64,000 bases of DNA from Eledone cirrhosa (taxonomy: Eukaryota). A program made the position numbers and the translations under genes. The notes beneath the pieces are model-generated. The model saw only the letters and a program-made list of their open reading frames with translations. It ran no database searches and was not told where the DNA came from. This document shows, piece by piece, positions 13,301 through 23,979 of the stretch; position 1 is the first letter of the stretch, and every line of letters starts with the position of its first letter. Where the stretch lies: contig OZ024759.1 in the NCBI GenBank assembly GCA_964016885.1, positions 26,908,001 to 26,972,000 on the forward strand, given 5' to 3'.

Positions 13301-14545
13301 GGCAGATATGTCCATGACAGAGTTTCATCTCTCGCTCTCTCTCTTCCTCTCTCTCGTTTCATCTCGCTCTCTCTCTCGTTTCATCTCGCTCTCTCTCTCT
13401 CTCGTTTCACCTCTGTCTTCTTCTCTCGCGTTTCATCTCTCTCTTCCTCTCTCTCGTTCTATCTCTCTCTTCCTCTCTCTCGTTTCATCTCTCTCTCTCG
13501 TTTCATCTCTATATCCCTCGTTTCATCTGTCTCTCTCTCTGTCGTTTCATTTCCCTCTATCTCTCTCTCGCTCTCTCGTTTCATCTCTCTCTCCCTCTCG
13601 TTTCATCTCGCTCTCTCTCTCCTGTTTCATCTCGCTCTCTCTCTCCTGTTTCATCTCGCTCTCTACTCACGTTTCCTCTCTCTCGTTTCCTCTCTTTCTC
13701 GTTTCATCTCTCTCTCGTTTCATCTCTCTATGTCTCATTTCATCTCGCTCTCTCTCTCTCTCATTTCATCTCGTTCTCTCTCTCTCTCATTTCATCTCGC
13801 TCTCACTCTCTCGTTTCATCTCGCTCTCTCACTCTCGTTTCATCTCGCACTCTCTCTCTCGTTTCATCTCTCTCTCTCTCTCTCTCTCTCTCATTTCATC
13901 TCGCTCTCTGTCTCGTGTCATCTCGCTCTCTCTGTCTCTCGTTTCATCTCGCTCTCACTCTCTCGTTTCATCTCACTCTAACTCTCTCATTTCATCTCGC
14001 TCTCCCTGTCTCGTTTCATCTCGCTCCCACTCTCTCATTTCATCTCACTCTCTTTCTCTCATTTCATCTCGCTCTCTCGCTCTTGTTTCAACACTCTAAT
14101 CCCTCACTTGTTTCATCTCTCTCTAATCCCTCACTTGTTTCATCTCTCTCTTGTTTCAATTCTTTCTCTCTCTCTCTCTCACTCTCTCTCTCTCTCTCTC
14201 TCTCTTTCTATCCCCTCTCTCTTTCTCTCCCCTCTCTCTGTTGTTTCATCCCTCACCCTCTTGTTTCATCCCCTTCTCTCCCTCTCTCTCTCTTCCCCTC
14301 TATCTCTATTCCTCTCTCTCATCCCCTCTCTCTCTCTTCCTCTCTCTCTCTTCCTCTCTCCCCTCACCCTCTTGTTTCAACTCTCTCCTCGTTTCAACTC
14401 TCTCCTCGTTTCAACTCTCTCCTCGTTTCAACTCTCTCTCTCTCTCCTCTCGTTTCAACTCTCTCTCTCTCCTCGTGTTTCAACCATCTCCTCTCTTGTT
14501 TCAACTCTCTCACCTCTCGTTTCAACTCTCTCTCTCTGTGTCTCC
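7303..14545 (-). repeat. Composite satellite, right arm (reverse complement of the left-arm family), decaying into GTTTCAAC(TC)n at the distal end
   Basis: Monomer reads agaattattagccacaggggcagagatgtccataacattacatgac. CT blocks at ~7715-8533, 8898-10495, 10860-12780 and 13318-14545. Confidence 0.95.
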
Positions 14546-14734
14546 AATGTGTATACCGATATATATACCGAAGAATGTACATAAACACACATGCATACAC
14601 GCATGTGTATATATATATACATACATGTGTCTCTCTCTCTCCCTATATATATGTACATATGTGTAAATATGTACATACATATTAGTGTATATATATTGCT
14701 ATCTATATGCATATTTGTATTAATTATACTGTAT

Positions 14735-14899
14735 GGTGAATTGGCAGTATCGGTAGAGGGTCTGACGCCATGCTTTCCAGCATAGTTACGTCCCTTTACG
14801 ATCCGAGGTCAACTTTGCCTTTCATCCTTACGGGGTCGATAAAATAAAGTACCAGTAATGTACTGGTTAATTACTGACCTTGTGCCTAAAATAGAAACA
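14735..14899 (+). mobile_element. tRNA-derived SINE (MetaSINE-like), internally deleted copy lacking the B box
   Basis: A-box-like TGGCAGTATCGG; core gcctttcatccttacggggtcgataaaataaagtaccag; homologous to the 15573 copy. Confidence 0.8.
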
Positions 14900-15465
14900 A
14901 TTATTAGTTCAAAGAGAAACCACCATCATAGAGAAACCACCGTCCTACCTGAAATATTATGTTATCATATTAAATATTTCTTATACTGTCATGTTTTTTC
15001 TTTAAAACGATTGCATTTCAATAAAGTGAAGAAAACTATTATATACTGTTGTTATATCATTATACTTTAGTTTTAACTTATTATTTCTATGTGTATAAAT
15101 ATAATGTATGTAAGTGTGTTTGAAAATATATAATAATAATATGCATGTTTGAAGCAGGGTTCAACTGAAATATCTACACCGGTAACTTAATTAGTGTTAC
15201 ACCTTAGGCATAAACTATTTGGCATTCTTTGAAGGAGGTACTAGGTTTTTCACTGTCTTAAATGGAGTATACACGCGCACACAATGCATATATATAAATT
15301 GTTTTTCTCTGTACAAAGAGATTGACATCATTTCTTAAATCATTATTTAGGGTTTTACAACAAAACATATTGTATGTGTAATTATACAAATTGAATTTAA
15401 GTATTTATTTTAAAATTTTACATACACTTTAGTAGTATATATATATATATATATATATTCATTTG

Positions 15466-16210
15466 TGATGCCATGCATTGTATTGTACACTTCGACATAT
15501 GAATTACGTTCATGCAACACTTCTCTTATCATAGCCATTTTTTGTGGTGAGCAGTCATTATTTGTTGGTACTAGGGCAGTGGATTGGCAGTATCGGTAGA
15601 GCGCCAGACACCATGCTTTACAGCATAGGGTTATGGCCATTTACGTTCTGGGTTCAAATCCCTCCAAGGTTGACTTGGTTTTCATCCTTATGAGGTCGAT
15701 AGAATAAAGTACCAGTAATTGCTGGCCTTGTGCCAGAAATAATTATTTGGTTGTACTTCCAATCTGTGCTACACACCTTCGTTCCCATCAATAATATATA
15801 ACTGGCCATATTGTGGTGTATTTTCTGCAGGTTACAGAGATGGGGGTGTAGTGATATGTTTGACCCTGAATATGAAAGCTATACGGGCCTCTGCCGGGTG
15901 GTAACACCAAATGAAGTGAAATAAATGTAGTTTTAATTGCAGATGTTTCTGTGAAATCAACTGCTTCCTGGCCTCTTTCAAAGAGATTTCTCAGTCTCTC
16001 AGGGTATATTTGCAATGGTGGCAACACAACCTTTCCTTTATTACAACAGTTACAATTTTCATTTCTAAATTTCAAAGCTCCACAGTGATCACACGAAACA
16101 TTCATATCACTAATATGAAATTCTTCTACATTTCCATTAATATTAATTGTTGGCCAATTTCTCTTACAACGCTCATTATCCATTCTTCTCTGTCTGAATG
16201 TTTTCCATTC
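15466..16210 (-). mobile_element. Helitron RepHel N-terminal fragment (Zn-finger region), pseudogenised and interrupted by a SINE
   Basis: MNVSCDHCGALKFRNE..CCNKGKVVLPPL and PPGRGPY.F.IQGQTYH motifs typical of Helitron N-termini; frameshifted. Confidence 0.9.
15573..15741 (+). mobile_element. tRNA-derived SINE (MetaSINE-like) inserted in the Helitron ORF
   Basis: A box TGGCAGTATCGG, B box GGTTCAAATCC, core ttcatccttatgaggtcgatagaataaagtaccag. Flanked by a 14/16-identical direct repeat: attatttgttggtact (15557-15572) and attatttggttgtact (15742-15757). Confidence 0.88.
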
Positions 16211-16865
16211 TGTTGTTTATTATGTAATTAAATAGCTCTGTACAATACATAGAGCATTCTTCTTTTCTTTACCTTTTCTATGGAAATACAAGAACAAACA
16301 TGTAAATATATATATATATGTATATACATAAACAAGACTGTTATTGCTCCAACCAGTCTATTTACCTTTGATAACTATCCTAAATATAAATACACCTATA
16401 CCATACATACATATATCATATATGTTTTTGATGCCGTGGTATAGCAGAGATAAGCAAGAAGAGAAAAGAAAATGAAAAGGAGAAAAAAAAAGAAGTAAGA
16501 AGTCGGGGGAGGGACAGACACTTCACCCCAGTCTAAGTGGTCCCTCAGCCGCAACCTGTGGAAGAAACTTAAAAGCGTTACCTCGGAGCAAGGCCAGAGA
16601 CACCTGCTACAATAGTCGCCCCTCCTCATGAGGCTCCTGTCATCTTTCCTCCCGACTTTATGGAGGAAATCAGCAGTACAGGGACCAAGTATGGCAGAGG
16701 TCTCAATGGAGTGGAAGAGGTGAGTCAGGCCTTGGTACTATCTTACTATCCTCTGCATTGCGGGGTGTGGAGCCTAGGTTTGTGGCTGTAGCTATATTTG
16801 AACTTTTATATGAAATTTCAGTTTTATATTTTTCACATCATAAAACTTAATCTTAGTCTTTTGCA

Positions 16866-16909
16866 GCTCATCTTGTTTCATCTCGCAGCACACGATTTGG
16901 GAACCACTG
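16866..16909. mobile_element. hAT (Charlie/Buster-type) element end; also at ~19748-19791, 29858-29901, 51337-51380, 54132-54175
   Basis: ...gcagcacacgatttgggaaccactg (TIR reverse complement CAGTGGTTCCCAAA) is immediately followed by ctctagag, which matches the NTCTARAN target preference of Charlie-type hATs. Confidence 0.7.
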
Positions 16910-17241
16910 CTCTAGAGATAGAAAAAGTATATTTTATGCAGGGCTTCCCTGAGACATAAAAACTATTTCAAGAGATCGACATGGGTAGAAAGGTTGAGAA
17001 ATGCTGCACAATGTTCTTTGGTTTTTGTTCACCTTTAAATAATCATGTATAAAATATCGGGTGTGCAAGATTTCATGAAAAGGTATAACATTTTTTATGC
17101 TGGTCTTGCAGGGACTAGCTCCAATTGAGAGTTGTACCAATTCCCACTAAACTCGAAACTCCTGGACAATATATACATATCTTTATAAGTTCCTGTGTAT
17201 TGTGTCGCTGTATAATGAAACATAAATATATACCATGCATG

Positions 17242-17489
17242 TCAGTCAGATTTGAACTCACTATATTTGGCGTTTTATAGACATAATTTGTTTGTTAAAA
17301 CAATTGATTAAATAATAACTAAATAAAATTAATTCTACAATCCTGGATAGGGAATGAACTTATAACTTCATAATAGAAGCCATCTATTCGAGCAGTATTG
17401 CCATCTAAGCCACCAGGTTACTTACAGAACTTCATTCAAATATAAAATATAAAATATATGCCAGACATAGTGAGTTCGAATCTGACTGA
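17242..17489. repeat. MITE-like segment with 30-bp imperfect terminal inverted repeats; also ~20124-20371, 30235-30474, 51713-51960, 54508-54755
   Basis: tcagtcagatttgaactcactatatttggc (17242-17271) pairs with gccagacatagtgagttcgaatctgactga (17460-17489), with 3 mismatches. Confidence 0.6.
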
Positions 17490-17599
17490 TTAGTTGGTCA
17501 TTGTCCCAGCCAACAGTTTAAATCGCCAACCAGTAGGTGACATCGACTAGGTTGGGAAAACTTGGTTAAGTAGCTCCAGTTATTGCTACGTTAGACATA

Positions 17600-17715
17600 T
17601 TCAAGACTTATCGACACCGAATGGAAGAAAGGTAAAGTTGAACTCAGAGTAAAGAACAGGAAAAATACTGCAAAGAATTCTATCTGATGTTCTAACAATT
17701 CTACCAAATTACCTT
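17600..17715 (-). mobile_element. Old, degenerate SINE remnant; also ~20482-20597, 30585-30699, 52071-52186, 54866-54981
   Basis: Reverse complement reads ttggtagaattgttagaac...ctgagttcaactttacctttcttccattcggtgtcgataag, which aligns to the SINE head and core above. Confidence 0.6.
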
Positions 17716-17797
17716 ATGTATATATATTTATATCTAGAGATAAGAAGAAAACTGAAAGAAAGAAAAGAAAAAAAATGAGACCTTATATGTAACCCAT

Positions 17798-18772
17798 GTT
17801 ACAACTCAATATATATATATTTGGGTTGTAACATATTCCCGCCGGTGAAATAAAAATTTTAATAGAAAAACGGCGGGAATATATGTTACAACCCAATCTA
17901 TATATATTTGAGTTGTAACATATATTCCCGCCGTTGAAATAAAAATTTTAATAGAAAAACGGCGGGAATATATGTTACAATCCAATCTAGATATATTTGG
18001 GTTGTAACATATATTCCCGCCGTTGAAATAAAAATTTTAATAGAAAACCGGCGGGAATATATGTTACAACCCAATCTATATATATTTGGGATGTAACATA
18101 TATTCCCGCCGTTGAAATAAAAATTTTAATAGAAAAACGGCGGGAATATATGTTGCAACCCAATCTACATATATTTGGGTTGTAACATATATTCCCGCCG
18201 TTGAAATAAAAATTTTAATAGAAATACGGCGGGAATATATGTTACAACCCAATCTATATATGTTTGGGTTGTAACATATATTCCCGCCGTTTTTCTATTA
18301 AAATTTTTATTTCAACGGCGGGAATATATGTTACAACCCAAATATATGTAGATTGGGTTGCAACATATATTCCCGCCGTTTTTCTATTAAAATTTTTATT
18401 TCAACGGCGGGAATATATGTTACAATCCAAATATATATAGATTGGGTTGTAACATATATTCCCGCCGTTTTTCTATTAAAATTTTTATTTCGACGGCGGG
18501 AATATGTTACAACCCAAATATATATAGATTGGGTTGTAACATATATTCCCGCCGTTTTTCTATTAAAATTTTTATTTCAACGGCGGGAATATATGTTACA
18601 ACTCAAATATATATAGATTGGGTTGTAACATATATTCCCGCCGTTTTTCTATTAAAATATTTATTTCAACGGCGGGAATATATGTTACAACCCAAAAATA
18701 TGTAGATTGGGTTGTAACATATATTCTCGCCGTTTTTCTATTAAAATTTTTATTTCACCGGCGGGAATATAT
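17798..18772. mobile_element. Palindromic tandem array (89-bp period, 11 units) of ~78-bp mariner-type mini-MITEs (MADE1-like)
   Basis: Each unit is a 28-bp TIR TTGGGTTGTAACATATATTCCCGCCGTT, a 22-bp AT spacer and the inverted TIR, separated by TA-rich 11-mers. There are 5 forward then 6 reversed units, and the last is truncated. Confidence 0.85.
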
Positions 18773-18829
18773 ACCCTGAGAGACTGAGAAATCTCTTTCA
18801 AAGAGATTTCTCAGTCTCTCAGGGTATAT
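18769..18829. repeat. Perfect 30-bp-arm hairpin with a 1-nt loop at a rearrangement junction
   Basis: ATATACCCTGAGAGACTGAGAAATCTCTTT-C-AAAGAGATTTCTCAGTCTCTCAGGGTATAT. The right arm is Helitron sequence and the left arm is its inverted copy. Confidence 0.95.
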
Positions 18830-19045
18830 TTGCAATGGTGGCAACACAACCTTTCCTTTTTTACAACAGTTACAATTTTCATTTCTAAATTTCAAAGCTC
18901 CACAGTGATCACACGAAACATTCATATCACTAATATGAAATTCTTCTACATTTCCATTAATATTAATTGTTGGCCAATTTCTCTTACGACGCTCATTATC
19001 GATTCTTCTCTGTCTGAATGTTTTCCATTCTAAGTCTATTTGCAT
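18800..19045 (-). mobile_element. Helitron RepHel N-terminal fragment, truncated at the hairpin
   Basis: ORF 18755-19045 has CDHCGALKF..CCKKGKVVLPPL; it starts a direct duplicate (offset ~2.8-2.9 kb) of 15975-17797. Confidence 0.88.
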
Positions 19046-19146
19046 GGAATAATTATATTCTGTTGTTTATTATGTAATTAAATAGCTCTGTACAATACAT
19101 AGAGCATTCTTCTTTTCTTTTCCTTTTCTATGGAAATACAAGAACA

Positions 19147-19203
<57 letters not shown>

Positions 19204-21223
19204 ATATACATAAACAAGACTGTTATTGCTCCAACCAGTCTATTTATCTTTGATAACTATCCTAGATATAAATACACCTATACCATACATACATATATCA
19301 TATATGTTTTTGATGCCGTGGTATAGCAGAGATAAGCAAGAAGAGAAAAGAAAATGAAAAGGAGAAAAAAAAAGAAGTAAGAAGTCGGGGGAGGGACAGA
19401 CACTTCACCCCAGTCTAAGTGGTCCCTCAGCCGCAACCTGTGGAAGAAACGTAAAAGCGTTACCTCAGAGCAAGGCCAGAGACACCTGCAACAATAGTCG
19501 CCCCTCCTCATGAGGCTCCTGTCGTCTTTCCTCCCGACTTTATGAAGGAAATCAGCAGTACAGGGACCAAGTATGGCAGAGGTCTCAATGGAGTGGAAGA
19601 GGTGAGTCAGGCCTTGGTACTATCTTACTATCCTCTGCATTGCGGGGTGTGGAGCCTAGGTTTGTGGCTGTAGCTATATTTGAACTTTTATATGAAATTT
19701 CAGTTTTATTTTTTTCACATCATAAAACTTAATCTTAGTCTTTTGCAGCTCATCTTGTTTCATCTCGCAGCACACGATTTGGGAACCACTGCTCTAGAGA
19801 TAGAAAAAGTATATTTTATGCAGGACTTCCCTGAGACATAAAAACTATTTCCAGAGATCGACATGGGTAGAAAGGTTGAGAAATGCTGCACAATGTTCTT
19901 TGGTTTTTGTTCACCTTTAAATAATCATGTATAAAATATCGGGTGTGCAAGATTTCATGAAAAGGTATAACATTATTTATGCTGATCTTGCAGGGACTAG
20001 CTCCAATTGAGAGTTGTACCAATTCCCACTAAACTCGAAACTCCTGGACAATATATACATATCTTTATAAGTTCCTGTGTATTGTGTCGTTGTATAATGA
20101 AACATAAATACATACCATGCATGTCAGTCAGATTTGAACTCACTATATTTGGCGTTTTATAGATATAATTTGTTTGTTAAAACAATTGATTAAATAATAA
20201 CTAAATAAAATTAATTCTACAATCCTGGATAGGGAATGAACTTATAACTTCATAATAGAAGCCATCTATTCGAGCAGTATTGCCATCTAAGCCACCAGGT
20301 TACTTACAGAACTTCATTCAAATATAAAATATAAAATATATGCCAGACATAGTGAGTTCGAATCTGACTGATTAGTTGGTCATTGTCCCAGCCAACAGTT
20401 TAAATCGCCAACCAGTAGGTGACATCGACTAGGTTGGGAAAACTTGGTTAAGTAGCTCCAGTTATTGCTACGTTAGACATATTCAAGACTTATCGACACC
20501 GAATGGAAGAAAGGTAAAGTTGAACTCAGAGTAAAGAACTGGAAAAATACTGCAAAGAATTCTATCTGATGTTCTAACAATTCTACCAAATTACCTTATG
20601 TATATATATTTATATCTAGAGATAAGAAGAAAACTGAAAGAAAGAAAAATGAGACCTTATATGTAACCCATGACCAGGATTGAAACCGAAACCATGACTA
20701 CCACCATCTCTGGTATCACCCACCAGACCACCATGAAAGATACAAACATCTGCTTTTTTAATATTTATAAGCCTACTTTCAATATTAAAGTAATTAACAT
20801 GTGGTGTTGTTCATGCCTTTCTCTATGTTATTGGTAAAAAATAAAGTATTTAAACCTCAAATTTTGTTATTCAAATATGCTTGCTTATGTAATTATAAAT
20901 GTCGCAGAATACACACACATATATAGATGTGAAAATATTCAGGACCCCAACGGCTGTGCTACTGCCGTTTCGACATCTATATATATATCTTTTAGTCCTA
21001 GGCTCTTTCAGCGCAGAAAGAATTCTCCAATGATCACAACCAGCTAATGGTGCCCAGTGGAAGCACTTTAGTCTAATTATAACCCCAACGATCACGATTA
21101 GCGGCGGCTTTTTCGAGTCTGAGGTTGACTGCCAGATATATATATATATCTATATATATATATATATATTTTTTTATACTTTGCTAGAATCCCGGAGAAC
21201 AACAGAAAGATGCTGAGTTCAGA

Positions 21224-21512
21224 GTTTAAAAAACATGTCCCCCTTTAATATAAAAACAATCCGAGTCTTGTAAAAGTGTTATTACTGTAATATAAAGTAG
21301 AAACCCTTTATTTAAACAAAGCTGAGATGCAGCGATCATCAAAGCAAACCCCAAAATGTAAACAAACTTCTCGCAGGTGCTGGCAGATACACGATAACAT
21401 GTGTATACGAAGTGTAACAGGGAGTTGGGTCGTATTATATGACTTTCAAATTGACCCCTATTATATTCAAATTATCCCCTGTGGGGCGTGCACCCCACGT
21501 TGAGAATCCCTC
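21224..21512 (-). mobile_element. hAT-type MITE, truncated diverged copy; also ~31312-31600, 33128-33284, 55608-55896
   Basis: Reverse complement aligns to the complete element at 32768-33101 and begins gagggattctcaacgtggggtgcacgccccacagggg. Confidence 0.6.
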
Positions 21513-22151
21513 ATAAATAAATATATGTGAGTGTGTTGCTATGACTGCTATTTCTAGCAGGTTTACTGCAGTCCTGTAGACGCACAACAAAAACCGGAAG
21601 TGGCAGCCATTAAAAAACTTTGGCTTAAAATCAGGCAAAAGTTTTTTAACAATTTGCCAAGAAAGATAACTCTTGTCTTACTTAATCGCAAAAATCGAGG
21701 CAAAAAATGTTGCGGGTGTGCAGTTTGTTTGGTGTATTTGACTGCTATTTCTAGCATATATGGACACTTTAGAAATAGCAGCGAAACACGGGAAACATAA
21801 GAAAGAAGGACACACACGTATATATATATACATATATATATGCACAGATATATACATTTAAATATATATATTTATATATACATACACGCGCGCACACACA
21901 CCTATACGTAGATATGGGTGTGTGTATAGCTGGTATATATATATATATGTATGGGTGAGTGTATAGCTGGTATATATATATATATATATATAGGTGTGTG
22001 TCCTTCTTTCTGCTGTTTTCCGTTTTTCGCTGCTATTTCTAAAGTGTCCATACATGCTAGAAATAGCAGTCATAGCAACACACTCACATATATTTATTTA
22101 TGAGGGATTCTCAACGTGGGGTGCACGCCCCACAGGGGATAATTTGAATAT
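21463..22151. repeat. Nested inverted repeat: 97-bp outer arms plus ~90-bp inner arms around (TA)/(CA) microsatellite
   Basis: 21463-21559 is the reverse complement of 22055-22151; both strands give [32 protein letters not shown] in the ORF track. Inner pair ~21739-21830 / 21985-22072. Confidence 0.9.
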
Positions 22152-22739
22152 CCCCCTCTTTATATCAATTAGCACTAACTCTCTCCCTCTCTATATCTAC
22201 TACACGGCACTCTCTTCCAATACCCCTCTCTATATGAAGTAACACCAAACTCTCCCCCTCTCTATATATTAAGCACTAAGTCAGGAATTTTTTTCTTCTT
22301 TCGTGCAGAGAGAGTAAAGTTGATTAAATCTACTGCAGTGAATTACTGGTATTTTATTTAATAAAAATTAAAATTTACTATTTGTCTTCGTTTAATTTTC
22401 GTTTTTCTTTACATAGTTTCGTTTCGTTAAATGTCTCCAGAATTTGTTTTTACTTTTACCGGATATTGAAGGTGTAAACTTGGTGTTGTCTAGAAACGTG
22501 TTAGAAATATTTTTCTTTTAATTGTGAAGAATTTAACCGCAAAGTAAGTTTTTTTTACTGTTTATTTGTGGCTGGGACAACGTATGGTATGTGTTAATGT
22601 AAATGGTGAAGGTTTAAAGATTCTTTTTACAACTGAAAATCAGTTTGTTGTTGCTGCTAATTACTTAACGCATGGAATAGATTAAAAAAATACAGGATTG
22701 TTTCTCGGAAGAGAGAAAGAAGAAACAACAAATCACAGA

Positions 22740-22925
22740 AGCGGGTAGCACACACATTTGGGACCACATACAACACAAAAACAGGTAATCCACACATCTG
22801 GGACCACATACAACACACCAGCAGGTAATACATACATCTAGGACCACATAAGCAGGTAATACACACATCTAGGACCACATACAACACACAAGCAGGTAAT
22901 ACACACATCTAGGACGACATACAAC
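22740..22925. repeat. ~39-bp degenerate minisatellite (gcaggtaatacacacatctaggaccacatacaacacacaa), ~5 copies; also ~34555-34738, 57124-57309
   Basis: Direct tandem repeats readable in the sequence. Confidence 0.8.
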
Positions 22926-22967
22926 CAAAGGCAGGCGAAAGGGGTGGACAAACGAGCTGCTACTAGA

Positions 22968-23226
22968 TCAAAAGATAACAGTATCGCGAGGAGCACTGGG
23001 AAACCTCTCTAATGATTTTTTTAGGCAAGCCAGCACGTCTGCAGCGTTACCTCGGGCGATGGCGAGGCTGAGGAGCTGGAACAACCAAGTGCCCTCACGA
23101 GCTTCACCAGTCACCTTCGTCAGGCTAGCCGCCAGTGAAGATAGGAATCTCGCAGTCAGTATCCCGACTCCCCCAAACGCCACAGGCTGGAAAATGTAGT
23201 TGGCCGACAGATCACAGTATTACTTA
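22968..23226 (-). mobile_element. C-terminal remnant of an RLE-type non-LTR retrotransposon (CRE-like)
   Basis: Frame reads YCDLSANYIFQPVAF-GGVGILTARFLSSLAASLTKVTGEAREGTWLFQLLSLAIARGNAADVLA. This matches the recalled CRE-clade C-terminal pattern F.P.A.ET.G...TG..R...L.QRLS.AI.RGNAA. Confidence 0.75.
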
Positions 23227-23251
23227 ACAGTGATAGATATTCTGTCTAAAG

Positions 23252-23325
23252 GAGGGGCGTGCAACAGGCGGCCCGCGGGCCACAATCGAGCCCACCTGAC
23301 CAGTCAGAGTGGCCCGCAATGACTC
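23252..23325 (+). mobile_element. hAT (Charlie-type) left end; also ~35064-35137, 57636-57709
   Basis: gtctaaag (NTCTARAN target) is followed by gaggggcgtgcaacaggcggcccgcgggccac...ggcccgc, the GGCCCG-rich subterminal pattern of Charlie-type MITEs. Confidence 0.6.
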
Positions 23326-23371
23326 TTGTAGGCTTATTTAGAATTTTTTCCATACCCGTAATACTTCTGTT

Positions 23372-23739
23372 AGTTGACCTATACTAAAGGACTTCACTGA
23401 TAGGGTTATATGTGTTATAATTTCCCAGTTGACCTATACTAAAGGACTTCACTGATAGGGTTATATGTGTTATAGTTTCCCAGTTAACCTATACTAAAGG
23501 GCTTCACTGATAGAGTTATATGTGTTATAGTTTCCCAGAGGGCTTCACTGATAGGGTTATATGTGTTATAGTTTCCCAGTTGACCTATACTAAAGGACTT
23601 CACTGATAGGGTTATATGTGTTATAGTTTCCCAGTTGACCTATACTAAAGGACTTCACTGATAGGGTTATATGTGTTATCGTTTCCCAGTTGACCTATAC
23701 TAAAGGGCTTCACTGATAGAGTTATATGTGTTATAGTTT
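23372..23739. repeat. 55-bp minisatellite (agttgacctatactaaaggacttcactgatagggttatatgtgttatagtttccc), 6 full units plus 1 truncated
   Basis: Unit starts at 23372, 23427, 23482, a truncated unit at 23537, then 23578, 23633 and 23688. Confidence 0.95.
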
Positions 23740-23979
23740 GAAACAAACTACCTGCATCAGTTATTATACTTTTATAACACCGCTATATTACCTACATGAA
23801 AGAGGTAAATATTTATTTCTCTTGTCTTCTTAAATGTATAGAACATTTTTCTTATATATATTCTTAACATAGCTAGGACCGTTTATTATTTACTAGTCTC
23901 TACTCCTAGGACTTTGCTGGTCTCATGTCCCCTCCATCAACACACACTCGGTAGAAAGCTGGTCGTCGGATGTAAAGTG

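Noticed and set aside
374-14685. Long Ser/Leu/Phe/His-rich and Arg/Glu-rich ORFs up to 671 aa (also 26248-27766, 39041-49153, 60650-62184)
   Set aside because: They are translations of CT/GA satellite that lacks stop codons; they are open in several frames and on both strands, with no domain content.
15573-15670. tRNA gene (A and B boxes present)
   Set aside because: No cloverleaf could be formed, it continues into a SINE core, and it has a target-site duplication; it is a SINE head.
17798-18772. 89-bp palindromic array as CRISPR or REP/BIME-like repeats
   Set aside because: The spacers are identical rather than unique, and the structure fits a TIR mini-element in a eukaryotic repeat context.
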